From: Camelus dromedarius
Taxonomy: Eukaryota
Assembly: GCF_036321535.1 (NCBI RefSeq)
Contig: NC_087436.1
Span: 90,398,001 to 90,462,000 of the forward strand
Length of the DNA: 64,000 nucleotides
Direction: 5' to 3'
The notes beneath the pieces were generated by a model, which did no database searches, was not told where the DNA came from, and saw only the letters and a program-made list of their open reading frames with translations. The position numbers were made by a program, and so were the translations under genes. Within the stretch, counting starts at the first letter, position 1. Every line of letters starts with the position of its first letter. This document shows positions 29,320-43,752 of the stretch, piece by piece.

Positions 29320-30930
29320 TTGGAGTTTAAAATGGCTGAGAATAGCCAAGGAACCCCAGGAGAAGAATAAGGTGCTGATAAAGACAATGACATATAAATA
29401 GAAACAGTTCCACGCACACATAGGTCACATTGATATATGACAGAGGTGGCACTAGAAATCATTGACAAAAAGGGGACTTTTAAATAAAAAGCTCTTTCAG
29501 ATATTGGATATCCATATATGAAAAGAATCAAATTGTATCTCTACCTTATAGCATGCATTAAAATCAATTCCTTGTGCAAGTTCTACAGGTGAAGAGAAAA
29601 ATTATGAATATTTTAGAAGATAATACAAAATATTTTCATAACTTAAAGGTAACAAATAATTTCTCAAAATTAAACACAATTAGTTACCAATGGTAAAGGA
29701 AAGGGTTAATGTATCCAGTAGCATACAAATCATTATTCTACAAAGACAGTGTAAAAAAACACCAAGTGAACAAATATTTCCAACTCCTGTAACCAACAAA
29801 ATAACTGACAATTAAAATATATTGAAAAAGCCTACATTCAATTAAAAAAAAAGGTGAAAGAATCCATTTAAAAATAGTCAGAAGCCTTAAATGGCCACTT
29901 CACAAAAGAGGAAATCCAATTAGGCAAACAACAAAGGAAAAGATGTCAGATAGTTAGCAAAAATCCAAATTAAAATCACGATGTAAATCTATTCTATATA
30001 CAACAAATGGGAACAGATTTAAAATTCTAATTTGACTAACATAGAGACCAAGGGAATATGTGTTGTCAGTGTATAACGCTGTTGTGAGTATATAAACTGT
30101 TATCGCCACTTTGGAAAATGTTTGAAATCATCTAATAAATTAGTATTCTCACATACAATGCAACCCAACGATTTCAGTCATAAATTTATACCTTACATAA
30201 GTTCTTATACATTTGCACTTGTATAAGGATACTTGTACAAAAATATACAAAACAGCATTATTTGTTATAGGAAAGGCTGGAAACAACTTGTCTCCACCAA
30301 GAACAGAATGGGCAAACATGCTACTTTATACTGTGAAATACTCTAATAAGATGCTATATATCAAAACAATTAAGAGTACATACTTGGAACCAGATTAAAG
30401 AGATTCATATCTAAGCTTTGTTACTAATAAACTCATCTCAATATTATTATATTTAGTAATAATATCTACAGTTAATATGGGAGTGATATCGTCATCAACA
30501 TCATTAAAACAATAAAACTGAAAGAACCACAGTCACAGAACAGCATAGATGGCTCTAGTAAATATAACATAGAGCTGAGAAAAAGACAAACATTAATGTG
30601 TACAGTGTAATTCCACTTGTAAAAATTTCAGAGACAGAAAACTCGATATTGTTAGGGGATACATACACAGATAATAAATCTAAAACAAAGTTAAAAAAAA
30701 GTGTAATCCAAGTGTCAAACATAATGATTACTTTTAGGAGCAGTAGGCAGAGATGATCAAAAAAAAAAAAAAAGAAAGAAAGAAAGAAAAAGAAAAAACA
30801 CCATCAATGTTATTGGATAGCTTCTAATTTGTGAACCGGATGGTAGTACATGAGTATTTTTATATTATGTGTTAATCTGCTCATTTAGATTTTACTCATT
30901 ATTCTATGTATGGTATACATCTCAAAATTA
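29320..30930 (+). mobile_element. Old L1 ORF2/3'UTR fragments
   Basis: ggccacttcacaaaagaggaaatccaat, ccactttggaaaatgtttg, acagcattatttgttatagg. Confidence 0.7.
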
Positions 30931-32415
30931 AAATACACTAACAGAAATAAACATATATGGATAAAACTAATTAGAGTAATTGTGAGGTTTTTTTCAATAC
31001 AATACAATAACAACATAGAAACTTACATCCAAAATGCTTTCTTGAATACCAGACAAAAGAATGGTCAGCCAGGAATTAGGTATATGTCAGTAGCTGTATG
31101 TGACATGTGATTAACTGGGTTCCAAAAAGGATGGAAAGGAATACCAGTTCTTATTAGTTATTTTGTTATTTTGTAGACCTAGTGAATACACTTCTGGTTG
31201 CCTTTAGAGAGATGTTTCAGGTTAATAATTTGTTTTTCCTTGTTAATAGTTGTCTTTGCATGAATCCTTCATTCCACTCAGCCTGAAAATTTTGCTTTTA
31301 AAGTACAGGTAACATAAAGCATGTGCAATGTTCATTGTAAAACCATCCATTGTGTAAAGAAGTCATTTTTAAAGAGAAGACAGCTTGATACAATAGGAAG
31401 TTTACATGTGTACTAATTTAAATGTTAGTGTTGTAAGTTCAATTTATAATTGTGAAAATGTCTTACACAGTAAAACAGAGTATTCTAGTTGAGTTGGGAA
31501 TTGACATTATTCTGAGTATATACTTTGGGCATGAACCAGGTAAACTAGTTAGCATTCAGAGAGGCTTCACCCAGCACTATTCCCAAATAGTCTAATTACA
31601 ATTTTTTTTTCATCAAGTACATCCAGATGGCACCAGACACTCTAAATGTGGCTTTTAAATATTTTTATATTATGTATACCTATTTTTTTGGTAATTTAAA
31701 AAATGTTGATTTTGGCTCAAATCTTGAAATAGAACTCATATATTTTCAGAGGCTCTCATTCCAGAGTTCAGTGTGCTACACAAAAAAGATACAGGAATAA
31801 CTCTTAAATTCCTACAAAAAAGGGAAGGGACATTTATATTGCTTTAATGCAGGCAGATCCACAAGTTTATATTTAGTCTATGTTTATGTGACTGTTATAT
31901 GATACCACCAGCACTCACCACAAGACAAATGTATAAATTGTTTTTTTACCTAATAAATTCCTAAATGAGTCAGTTTATTATGATGGCTGAAAGTTGTAGA
32001 AGCCCTGAAATAGAGTCTCTCTATATACAAATAGAAATTTTTCACTGCTGATAAATAAAAATAAGAAAATTAGAAAGTATAACCTTAGAATGTATTAGAA
32101 TGTATTGTAAGCCTCAAAATTTTTTTCTGAATCAAACAGGCTGTCGTGAATATCAAGGAGAACAGGACACAATGAAAATTTCTTTCAGGGTCTACACTCA
32201 GTGCTGTGCAGGACGCTAGAAACTGTCTGCTTCAAAAAATCATTTTCTTAAGGAACCTGAGCATCTAACAGGATAATATCTATCTTATTTGTCCAAGATA
32301 AACAGTTAGTTACTAAATTAATCAGGACCAGAATCTTAGTCTGCTAACTCCTAATTTATAGCTTTCTGTGATAACATATTGTGGAAGGCTGCACTCATTT
32401 GATGAAGATACATAG

Positions 32416-32481
32416 TTATTTTCCAGAAGTAACATTTTTTTCCCAAGCTTCTTTTGCTCTTTTCTCCAGGAGCATTTTTTT
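32416..32481 (-). pseudogene. Candidate terminal coding exon of the CNGK-like pseudogene
   Basis: tcccag acceptor, then KKMLLEKRAKEAWEKNVTSGK*. An AATAAA lies on the minus strand near 31975. Confidence 0.3.
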
Positions 32482-33279
32482 CTGGGATACAATATAAATT
32501 GAAATATCATTTTAGCATTATGTAAAATGTTATATAAATGAGACATGTCACAACCAGAGATTCTATTCTGAACTCAGACTTGATAGCCATACAGAAATAG
32601 CATGATGACTCACCATCAGTGGCTCTCCAGAAAGGCTGAGAGAGCCTGTTAAAAAGTTAATAAAATTTCTTCACCTTATTCTCATTAGTCTTGGCTGATA
32701 GTTTCAATCACAATTCCATACGGACTAAAATAGAATCATGGAAATTTCAAAGGCTGCATGACCAGAGTTAAAATCTCCCAATGTACAGAGCCAAGTCTGT
32801 GAGTTTGCAACATTTATTGAGTGCCTACTTTGGGACAGGTGTTAAAACCACATAATGGTGGTGAATGAAACCAACCACCACTCCTTCCCCATCCCACACA
32901 CAAAAACAAAATGTTCACAGTCTAGAGAGAGAGAAAATAATAACTAGCATCCGCCGAGTATGTTACCAATTGGCAGCACCCATATTACTTTATTTCATGC
33001 TCACCAAGTGATATATATTTTATATATTTTTATATTTAGATATATTTATCATTTTACTCATGAAGAAATTCAGGTACAGATTACTTAATTGTATTGCTCA
33101 AGTCAATTAGCTACTCTGACTTTTTTCAGCTTATATATTTCCCATAGGTCAAAGATGGTTAAATATAAAATTGCAACCAGCTTTGGAGATGTTTCTTGTA
33201 ATTTGATATTTTGGAAATCCTAAGAACTATTTCTTTTTCTCAATAATTTACATACAAAACTATCAGTTAAGGTACTTAC

Positions 33280-33425
33280 CCCCAATTCTCACATAATTAA
33301 CAATTTTCCTGCAAGTCTTTCTCTGGTTCTGATCTCTCTCTTTAACTTTAATCAAACTCCTGGTATCTATGCATAGTATCACTCGCTAGAAAGTTCATCA
33401 TAGATATTTTGGATTGAAAGTTACC
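33280..33425 (-). pseudogene. Candidate C-terminal exon of the CNGK-like pseudogene
   Basis: ttttag acceptor, g|gtaagt donor. Reads LSIQNIYDELSSE*YYA*IPGV*LKLKREIRTRERLAGKLLIM*ELG; the stops are compatible with CGA/CAG decay. Confidence 0.45.
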
Positions 33426-34055
33426 CTAAAAATCTTTAGGATAGGAAACTATTTTCTAAAATAAATGTTGATAGGTCATAGGTATGTCTGTTATTAGTAC
33501 TGTATTTCCATCCAAGTTTACTTTCAGAACATTTCATTTTGAACACATATAACTGTTATAATTTCACTTTTAAGTGTCATGCTTTACTTGTCAGTGCATT
33601 AATTTAGCAAATATTATGTGTTAATCATAATGCATATACTGAGTATTATAGAAATATATATTTCTATTAATTGCTATCTTAAAATTTAGTGCCTTAATTA
33701 ATCAAAATATCAATTCAACTGTTAGTTTGACACAATTGTTCTTATTTTAAATCCAAGTATCAAAGGATTTAATTAATATAGGATTATTATAGAAGAGTAA
33801 GTTTAAAATTTTGAATAATTGAAAAGAGTGGAATTCTGTTAGTATGAATAACAGCTTAAATTTATATAGCATGTAATAGATTCTGGGAAGAATGGTAAAC
33901 ACTTTATAAATATTTTCCAATTTATTTCTCAAAATAAGCCATGGGACAGGTATTAATATTGTTTTTATTTTATAAATGCAGACACTGAAATTCAGGCAGG
34001 TTAAATAATTTACTTAAGGCCATGTGTGGCTTACTAAGATGTAGAAATTTAAAAC

Positions 34056-35024
34056 CTCTCTTTTCGATAGAAATATCAAACAATTCCCTTTGGTTTATTT
34101 CCCCCAAAGAGAGCTGATTATTTTCCACAATCTGTTTACTGACTTAACTATCTGTTGCTAGTAGCAACAACATTGAATAGAAACTGCTTTCTCTAAAGAC
34201 AATGTGTCATATGAAGAATAGATTTTTTTTTAAATAATCTAATTTCATTACATGAAGAATCTGTACAGAAAACAAAATTATTTGACAAGCCATTCTAACC
34301 AGCTGGCTCTTGGATCCAAGTCAGAGGGGGAGAAGGTATAAACTAGGTATGTATCATCCAACCTTGCCAATCACATTTGCAAATATTCAAACAGGATCAA
34401 TAAATTAAAAATAAAAATGGATAAGCAGATCATATTTCTTTAATCCCTGCCTTTAAAGCTATGTCATCCAATTTGTCAACTATAATCATTACCAAGGTAT
34501 GACACTTTATCTGTATAGCCACAGATCTTCAATAGAAGTTTCTATTTAGTTAAAAATATATTTTGATAGAATATTTAATAGATGAAAAATGTTGCAAAGA
34601 CACGGAGAGAGCTCTTCACAGTTAGTGGATTTTAGCTTCAAACTTGAGAATAATTTTAGTTCTTCAGAGTGTATTTGCTATGTTGGGGTTGCTAAGTGGA
34701 GATATGCTAAGCTTTAATAGTCTTTGGAATTGCACCCATAGAACCTCCTGGTGCTTTTATCAAAAATAATCACAATTAGAAAAAAATGTTCAAGAAGCTC
34801 TCATTTCTTCTGATATGGTCTTCATAGGCAAATAGCCATAAATTCTATGAACATAATATTCTACTGATGTCTCTGGGTTGGAAGAGATACAGTTCACATT
34901 AGAGAAAATGGTTCTAGCAGTGGTGTGTGGTGCAGTGAAATACAGCAGGTTCAAGTGTAAATTCTTCCTGACTTTCATACATTTGCTTATTTAATTTCTA
35001 CAACTGTTTCATTAAGAGCAGGAT
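34056..35024 (-). pseudogene. CNGK-like exon, S5-pore-S6-C-linker-CNBD4
   Basis: ttctacctgcag acceptor; ~970 nt fits the expected span. Frames give EYYVHRIYGYLPMKTISEE (pore), NIANTL*RTKIILKFEAKIH (post-S6), LVYTFSPSDL...FCFLYR, VFRESSFYSMLLLL and IVKSV/TDC (CNBD). Confidence 0.7.
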
Positions 35025-35869
35025 CTGCAGGTAGAATTGAGGTTTTACTTTGGAGTTAAAATATTTCCTGAAGGACTGCTTTATACAAACTTTTTAAAGA
35101 GCTTCGTCAGCTCTGAAATATCAAGGCTAATAGGTCTATAGAAAAATAAGAAATATGGTAAATATCACAACATTGGCAATCATACTACAACATACAAATG
35201 CATCAAAGTAACATGCTGTACATCTTAATCCTACACGGTATATAAATATGTCAAATTTATTCAACTGAAAAAATAAAAAATAAGTAAATGAGAAGAGACA
35301 GAAAGATAATGGATAAAAAGTATAATTTCTCTTTGAGATTCTAGTGGGGGGAGTACATTACTTTTCTCTGTCAGACAGGAAGAGAAAAATTAGACTAGTA
35401 AGACTTATGTCTGGGGAAAATATACCATTATTCATATCAAATCAGACATTGCAAAAGGAACTCAAATAATACTGCTAAATAATTTCAAGTCCCTATTGTC
35501 AAGTAGTATGATAAGGAGTGGGAACTTGCCTTTTATATAACAACACTCCAGTGAAATGAAGGTTTACATTATCTACCTCAGCAGTTGGCAATACTTCAGC
35601 TCTATTTTAATATTTTCTTTTTAGGAATCATGAAAATCATGTTATTCACACATACACAGGCTGTTAAGATCTTAATAAAAGAAAGTGACTCAAAGTTTAA
35701 AAAATATAATAATGAATATAATATAAAATGAATCATTCTATTACTAATCTATTACTAAAATGTCGATTTCTAAATACTGAGCATCTTTTTTTTCAAATAA
35801 CACTTAAAAAATCATCTCATACAACCTCATTGAGACATGTGCATCACTAACGTGATAGTAATAACTCAC

Positions 35870-35954
35870 CTGCAATATACATCTTTACCAGAGTAAGCAT
35901 TTGCAAATGCTCTAATATGTGTGGATGATTTACCACGGACCCAGAAGTTGTATG
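35870..35954 (-). pseudogene. CNGK-like exon, S4 of repeat 4
   Basis: Strong splice sites (tgtttgttcag / cag|gtgagt). Open frame HPHILEHLQMLTLVKMYIA. Confidence 0.55.
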
Positions 35955-36189
35955 CTGAACAAACACAACTCATGGAGTCAGATAATCATGCCATGCTGTC
36001 TCTTACTCTCCCCCTAAATGCATTCAGTGATGTCAGTTTTTCTACTGATGGAAAGGAAACTGTGGACAGAATCCATGTATTTACTGGTTTCTCTTATAAC
36101 AACAATCTAATTAGACTTTAAGTCTCATATTATGGCTTATTTTCAAAAATAAAACTGTCGAGTCTCTAAAGAATAGCAACAAAAATTTC

Positions 36190-37900
36190 TAAAGAATAGC
36201 AACAAAAAATTGGAAAACTCAATAAAAATATCACTTTTAATAACATCAATTAGCATTAACTACTAAATTTACTGAACACTGTGATGGCATAGATCTTTAA
36301 CTATTTGACATTACTGAGAGAAATTTATGCAACCTATTTAAATCAGACATAAACTACACTGATCAACTCAAGGTTAAATTGTTAATTCCCTATAACCCAC
36401 TCTTTAGATTCAATGCAATTCCAAACAAAGTTGCTATTAAAATTGACTATAAAATTGACTATAAAGTTGATAAAAATTGATTATAAAGTTCACACATATG
36501 CAAAAGACCAAGAAATGAGGCAAGATAAAGAGGAAAGTTGAATTTTATTACATAGCATCAATAATTAACGCAAGGTTGGGAACAAATAGAGTGTAGACAG
36601 ATTGATAGACAGACAGACAGACAGATAAATGAAACAGACTATGAAGTTCAGGAAGAGACCTACACATATACGTGCAATAGATGTAGAACAAAGGTACCAT
36701 CAAAATGCAGTGAGTTAACAATGTTCTTTTCAACAAAAGGTTCTGATCTTAGCAGAGTGTCAAATTGGGAATAAAAAGTAAATCTTCACCCTCTACCTGA
36801 TGCCATATACAAATATAAACCCCAGGTATGTAACAAACTTAAACATAAATGCAAATTATTAAGCTCTTAAGAGATAACACAAGGAAAATACCTTCATCAA
36901 CTTGGAGTAGGCAAAGATTTCTTAAACTGGATACAAAAATCGATAATCATATAATGTAAAAGCTGATTAATTGAACAGCATTAACATTGAAAAACTTTGT
37001 CCATTAAAAGATCCCTTTAAATAGTGTAAATATTTGCAGAATGTGAGAAGATATTGCAACACATATATCTGAAGAAGAACTCATATTGAGACTACATAAA
37101 GTCTTCCTATAAATCAGTGAGAGAAAAGATAAACTCTCCTGTCCTTCCAAGAAAAGTTGAGCAAAATTTTTGAATAGGCGCTTAACAAAAGACAATATAC
37201 ATATGTCCTATAAGAAAATTAAAGATGTTCAATCTCTTTAGTCAGATGGAAATAAAATTAAAGGGACAGTAAGATAAACCTACACTATAAGAATTCTATC
37301 ATTTTGAATGACTACAAAGGGAAATAATACTGGTGATAAATATCAAGTGGCAGTGGGATGTGTACAACCACACCTCCCAAGCATTGCAACCGTAATTTTT
37401 TAATTGTTAGAATCCTTTTGGAAAACTACCTGGCAAGGTCAATCAAATGTAAGTATATGAATATTCAGTATCCCAGTCATTCCACTGCAGGTCATTCTAC
37501 TACTACCCAAAAGCTATGTGCAAACTGTGTACTAAAAGACCCTTAGAAGAATTTCCATATCAACATCATTTACACTAGCCAAAAACTGAAAACATTTCAC
37601 TAGGTCATTAATAACAATTATTGTAATATAATTATTACATAGTATATGTATTAGCATATTAATATGTATAATATATTACATAATATATATTATAGAATGT
37701 TCATACACTGCAATATAACGTGTCGATGGAGAAACAACTTACTGCCACATGCAATAAAAATAATGAATGGCACTGAGGTAACATCAGGTAAAATAATCAG
37801 TTACAAGTAAGTACATATGATTTTATTGCATTTCTATAGATTTCAAAATCTGGCTTAAATAAATTAATGTAGGAGAAGTCAGAAACACAGTTTCTCTGAG
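36190..37900 (+). mobile_element. Old L1 ORF2/3' fragment
   Basis: tagattcaatgcaattccaaac, cttggagtaggcaaagatttcttaaac, ccttttggaaaactacctggca. Confidence 0.75.
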
Positions 37901-37929
37901 GAAGGTGCCTGGCAAAGAAGTCTGGAATT

Positions 37930-38800
37930 CTTTAAATATCTGCACATAGTTGTAACAGTTCATTTTTTTTAATCATCTTTTTCTGCTAGTTCTACCATCT
38001 CTGCCATTTATAGATCTATTCCTCTGCTGCTTGCTTTCCTGGTCTGGTGTCATATTTTCTTGTTCTTGACCTGCAAAGAAATTTCTGATTTGATATCAAC
38101 ATTGCAAGGGTTATATTTTGAGTGTGTATGTATGTCTTCCTTTAAAGAATATAAAGTTATTTTGACAGGGAATTGAGTTACATACTGAGAACTTTAATTA
38201 TTTGGGGTTTGGTTTTTAAAATTTGCTGGGGTGAGCTTAGGAGAGCCTTTACTTCAGACGTAGTTTGCTCCCACTACTAAGTCATGGTTCACGTGGGCTC
38301 TCTAGGAATGTTCTGAGTGACGTCTGAGGATGCTCCATTCTGTCTGGTCAGGGATAGAACATCTCTTCACCTTGAGAAGAACTCTGGGGATTTTCGGTTT
38401 ATAACTCTTTGGTCGTTCCTTGTCTGTACTTAGGAGTTCCACACTTCTCATGTGTTATCTAGTGGTCAGCAAACACTCAAGGGGACACAAGTGCAAATCT
38501 CTGAAGTTCTTTTTCTACATAGATCCTTTCTGTCCAGAACATTATGCTGAAATTTCTAAGCACTCCAGCTTCCCAAACTGTTATTGCTAATTCCTCAACT
38601 CAGTGAGGCTGTCTTGTCAGCTAAAGGTTCCCTTCATTGCACTGTGCCCTGGAAAAATACCTTAAAGAGGAAAGCCAGGATGATTACAGATTTTACCCAT
38701 TGTCTCCCTTCTCTCAGGGATCACCATCTGCATTGTCCTGCCCATTGCCCAATGTCTGAAAAAAGTTATTTCAAACATATTTGTGTTGTTTGCCAGTTAG
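37930..38800 (-). mobile_element. Old L1 5' region, antisense
   Basis: T-rich then GC-richer sequence typical of L1M 5'UTR/ORF1 reverse (ttgtctcccttctctcagggatcac...ccaatgtctgaaaa). Confidence 0.6.
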
Positions 38801-39435
38801 CAGGAGTTCTTGCCCTTATTAATAGACCTTTTAAATTGTCCAAAATAGTTTTTATATATTATAGTTTTTGTTTTTTGATGTGTTTTATTTATGCAAATCA
38901 GATATCTAGTTGACTCCTATTCAATATACCTCAAATAACTTGCTTAAAAGCACTTACAAAATATTTAAAATTTGTGACTATCTGTCCTTTGCAACCCATC
39001 ATTTCTTACAAGGCTATTAGGTTCTTCATTCATTAATCCTCTTATACATTTCTCATGGAAGAATGATGGAGTCCAAATTCATTTGTTACAGACTTAAAAC
39101 TGTTCTAAGGATAAAGTGGATAAATAATATAATAAAATTTTATACCAATTTTAGTTATAGACAAGGTAAATGTTTACAAAGTAGTATGGCATAACTACAT
39201 ATACACAAACCAAGGCTTGAATCCCAGCTGATATTAGCTTTGTGTCCATTTGCAAGTTTTGATTCTTTATGCACCACAATATTCTCCTTGCTAAAAAGGA
39301 AATACTAATCCCTCACTTGATGGGATTAAAAGAGATAAAGTACACACTTTGTAAGGTGTCAATATTATGATAACACCTTTATTTTTTTTACTATTGTTTC
39401 TTTTTTTATTTCAAGTTTCCTGAAAACTGTATTAC

Positions 39436-39827
39436 CTGACTTCTAAGTACAGAAGAATAAAACAAAAAAAAAAATGTTTGGCCTGACAACATTAATAGAT
39501 TTTTAATTGAATTTTTGGTATTGTATAAACATCACAATAATCAGGGACTTTAAGTACATTATTTTACTTTTTTTTTAATTAATAGCTCTGTAGGCCAACA
39601 CATCAAATTCATAGACAGTTATGTGTAGCAGTGTAGTTTCTGAGCCACTTTATGTGTCTTGTGGTTCTGCTCCAATCACTATGATGTGTCTTGAGCATAT
39701 GAAGTAAGACCACAGACACTACACTACTATATGCAGATAAATCAAATTTATCAGTAGTGTGTATGTTATCAAAAAGATGATTAAGATGAATTATACGGTG
39801 AGACAAAGGGCCTTGTTTTTAAGGTCC
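39436..39827 (-). pseudogene. CNGK-like exon, S1-S3 of repeat 4
   Basis: tttttgtag acceptor, cag|gtaata donor. Frames give RIIHLNHLF...SAYSSVVSVVLL, TLLHITVYEFDVLAY and QTFFF..FILLYLEV. Confidence 0.6.
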
Positions 39828-40539
39828 CTACAAAAATGTGGAATCAGCTACTTTATTATCCTGACACTTTTTGTTAATGGTAACATGGTCCAATAAATTA
39901 AAACATTCTCTAGTGGGCTACACATCCATTATGCTAATACAGGTATAGAAGAACAATCACAAAAGGCACAAACTGTGGCAAATTTGGCCTGATATGTACA
40001 AGGATGATGTTACAAACTATTTCATTCTAACAGGCATTTCAGTATATTTTAACTGCACGATTCATTTTAATATGGGAAAAAATATGAAATTAGACATCAT
40101 TAAATCAAGATATAAACAGAAACATCCTTAGTGCTGAAATCAAATATAAGAAAAACTTCAAGAGAGTCGATAATTCCAGAGGGTAATTTGGGGATCTAAG
40201 AAAGATATTTTCCATTTCAAAGATAGTATGTGTCTTAATCTGGTACATAATAAAGATTTCAATTTCATTGTAATAATTGTTATAGTATTGTTGGCCTGAT
40301 TGCTGGATATAAAGGGATAATTTGTCCCTAAAATACATGCTTCTAATTACCAGCTTGTGAAAGAATGAATTGCCACCATTTTTTTTTCTTAATGAATGTT
40401 AAAAGTACTCTTATAAGATCTAAATGTCTCATTTCAATCAGGTGAAACTTACCATGACCTGAGGCTTTACCAAAAAAACAAAAAACAAACAAACAAACAA
40501 AAAAACCCCCACAAAACAAACAAAACAACACAGCAAAGG

Positions 40540-41430
40540 AATATTAGAATGGGTATTTAAAAAATGAGAAGAAATAACAAGTGTTGGTGAGGACGTGGAG
40601 AAAAGAGAACCCTTGTGCACTGTTGGTAGGAATGCAAATCAGTCAGCCACTATGGAATACAACATGGAGGTTTCTCCAAAAATTAAAAACATAACTACCA
40701 TATAATCCAGCAATCCCACTCCTGAATATATATCCAAAGTAAATGAAAACAGGCTGTCAATATGCATTACCACGTTTATTGCAGCATTATTCACAGTAGC
40801 CAAGCTTTGGAAACAACCTAAGTGCCCATTAATAAATGGATGGATAAAGAAGATATGGTATATGTATATATATAAAATGAAGTATTATTCAGCCAAGAGA
40901 AAGAAGGAAATCCTGCCATTTGCAACAATAATGATGAACCCTGAGGACATCATGCTAACTGAGAAAAGTCAAAGACAAATACTATATGATATTACTTGGA
41001 TGTGTAATCCAAAAAGAGCCAAACTCTTAAAAACAGTAAGATTGTAGTTATCAGGGGCTGAAAAGTGGGAGAATAGGAGACATGTAGTACAAACTTGCAA
41101 ATAGAAGGTAAATAAATTTTGAGATCTATTGCACAGTACAGTGGCTACAGATAACCATACAGTTGATCCTTGAACAATGTGGCAGTTAATCTGCATATAT
41201 AATTTATAGTCAGCCCTCCTTATCCACAGTTCCACTGCACCCTCTGATTCAACCAGCCACTATCGTGTAATACTGCAGCATTTACTGCTGAAAAATATCC
41301 ATATATAAGTGGACCCCTGCAATTCAAACACATGTTGCTCAAGGGTTAACTGCATTGTATTATGAACACCAAACTTGCTAAGAAACTAGATCTTCTTATT
41401 CCCACCACAAAAAGGATTTTATAATTAATA
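40540..41430 (+). mobile_element. L1 3' end
   Basis: aacaagtgttggtgaggacgtggagaaaagagaacccttgtgcactgttggt, ggaaacaacctaagtgcccatt. Confidence 0.9.
41160..41352. mobile_element. Tigger2-family MITE nested in L1
   Basis: TIRs cagttgatccttgaacaa / ttgctcaagggttaactg, with TA on the left (right copy mutated to CA). Confidence 0.8.
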
Positions 41431-41644
41431 AAATTAGAAATAGGTAGAAACAGTAGTGATCATGGATGGTCTTCCATTTGGGCCATATTCCCACAAGTAG
41501 GTATCAAAAACATTTACCCTTGTAAGTATTACCAGTAAGTGTGGAACTACACTACCAAAATGCCGAGGAACTAACCTGAAAACTAGCCAAATAAAGCAGA
41601 CTAACTAAACTACATCTCTATCCAACTGTCTGGTTAAAACATGG

Positions 41645-42240
41645 TGTATTAGTTTTCTATTGTTGCAGTAACAAATTACCACAAATTGAGTGCCCTAAAA
41701 CAGCACAATTTTGTTATCCTACAGATTTTGCAGGTCAGAAGTTAAGAGTGGGCTAGGGTTTCATAAGTCTGAAATCAAGGTGTTGGCAAGGCTGCCTTTC
41801 TTACTGGAGGCTCTGGAAGAATAATCTGCTTCCAAAGTCATTCAAGTTGCTGGCAGACTGAATTTCCTTGTGACTGTAGGATTAAGGTCCCTGATTCCTC
41901 ACTAGCTGTCAGTCATAGATCTGTCATTGTTCCTAAATGCTATCTGTAGTTTTTCTCATGCTTTCCATTTGGCTCCCTCCAATAAGAATAGATCAAGCCC
42001 CTCTATGAGTTATCTCTCATATTCATTCTGCAAATCTCTGACTCTAGTTTAGAAAGTTATCTGCCTTTAGGGTCTTATGTATTTAGACTGGTCTTAGTGA
42101 GAAAATACAAAATGATCTCCCTATTTTAAGGTCTATAACCATAAAGATAACTGTAAAACCCCTTTTGCCATATAATGTAACATATTCATAAATTCTGGGG
42201 ATTTTGGTGTAGACATCTTTATACATCCATTCTGATGACA
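41645..42240 (-). mobile_element. MLT1 solo LTR
   Basis: tgtattagttttctattgttgcagtaacaaattaccacaaa...ctgaaatcaaggtgttggcaaggctg. Confidence 0.85.
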
Positions 42241-42721
42241 TATAGCAAAGTTCCCAAATATATTTTTAAAAACAAAGGGAAATTATCCAAATTACTCAAA
42301 TCAAATTTCAGTACATATAAAATATTTACATGTGTATATATATATTCATATAAATTCATGTGCACATGCATTTCTCCCAAATGTTTAAATCACTGATGCC
42401 AAGATACATTTTTCCATCTACCTCCTAATTGCTTCAACCCTACATTTCATTTAAATGTGTAGAAAAAAATCAAAATATATTTTAAGAATTCAAACATCTT
42501 TGAATGAGTGATTTGGATTTAAAAATTCACCAAAGCAATCTCACTAACCAAATATCAAGGGACTTCCACAATGCCTACATTTAATTCTGTTCCTGTTCCT
42601 CAATATAGACAATGATCGTTCCATTTTCTACTGAAGGTTATATTAGCTGTTTCTGAATTATGGTTACATTTTATAGCTTAAATCCAAGGAAACAATATTG
42701 TTTTTAAATAGACTGCATTAC

Positions 42722-43610
42722 CTTGCATTTCTTTGTGAGAAATTCTGGGAAGGAATGAAAATGATTTTAACTACTGTACAACTGTCTCCATCAAAACAGA
42801 ATTATAATTATGTTGCAGGTAGCAAACTACTCAAGGTACCTGCAGAGCACAGATAAAGTGGTTCATTGGTCATCCATTTCCCAGGCAGTTTAGCTTAATC
42901 TGTAGAGCATGTATAATGCATATTAATCCAAACAGCCCTGAACTCCAGCCATTTAGAGAAAGCACACCTGAATCTTCCTTTAAGAACAGGTTTTGTAATA
43001 CATTTTTTTCTGGTTCTAATCATTAGCACTGGGTATTTTTAAACCTGTCTGGAAGCGCATATTGTTACCCTAAAACACTTCTCCAGAATTTTCACCCTTC
43101 TGAGATTACCCTACGATAAAGGGAGTAATGATGTCCCGTACGCATGCCGTGTCAGAAGAGGTTCAAATCACATCATAGATAAAAATATGTAAACTCCCAG
43201 TTGGTATAATTATACCAGGGAGATAGCTCAAGTTAAGTGGAAAATTGCCACAGTATGAGACATTATATCTTTCTTTAAAAAAAAGACAGTGTTAAAAAAA
43301 AAAAAAGCATAGCTTGCCCATTCCTACAAAAATATGTATGGTCTATATACCAAACTTGCGCATATATTTTAAGACATTGTGACATTATGCCAGATGGGCT
43401 TGTTCATTCGCTCTGTTGATTACACATCATATATGATGAGCTGACAAGTAGCTTGTGGTTTGGAACACAAGTAACAATCCAACAACAAGCAAATATGATG
43501 CCAAATATCATTTATATATCAATGCTAGCTCTAATTCATTGATGTTTACAGATTGGCAAAATCTTTTTCACAATTCAGCTGATTACTCCTATGTATTTAA
43601 GGTAAAATAT
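42722..43610 (-). pseudogene. CNGK-like exon, S6, C-linker and CNBD3
   Basis: ttttgtag acceptor, aag|gtaatg donor. Frames give SVNINELELALI / MIFGIIF, CHNVLKYMRKFGI, GNFPLNL, CDLNLF*H, QKGENSGEVF, VLQNLFLKEDSGVLSL and FRAV..ICIIHAL. Confidence 0.7.
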
Positions 43611-43752
43611 CTACAAAAGTTCCATGAACCCCAATGTCATTTTTAATATTTAAAGTTAACATTTCTTAAAATTCTGCTATATAACAAAATAAAATCAAGT
43701 TAGTATCAAATATATTTTATCTGGAAGGGAATTCTAAATAAAAATAACTTAC

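Noticed and set aside
33280..33425. SLC9C-type sperm Na+/H+ exchanger (GKLLIM*ELG resemblance)
   Set aside because: Single short resemblance; no NHE domain seen, and the locus has repeated pore and CNBD units.
34380..34520. KAP/NACHT NTPase Walker B (TLVMIIVDKLDD)
   Set aside because: No Walker A or other NTPase motifs nearby; flanking frames fit a C-linker/CNBD context.
43455..43646. Plus-strand exon (WNTSNNPTT...YSYVFK|gtaaaa)
   Set aside because: Better explained as the antisense of the S6/C-linker remnant of repeat 3.
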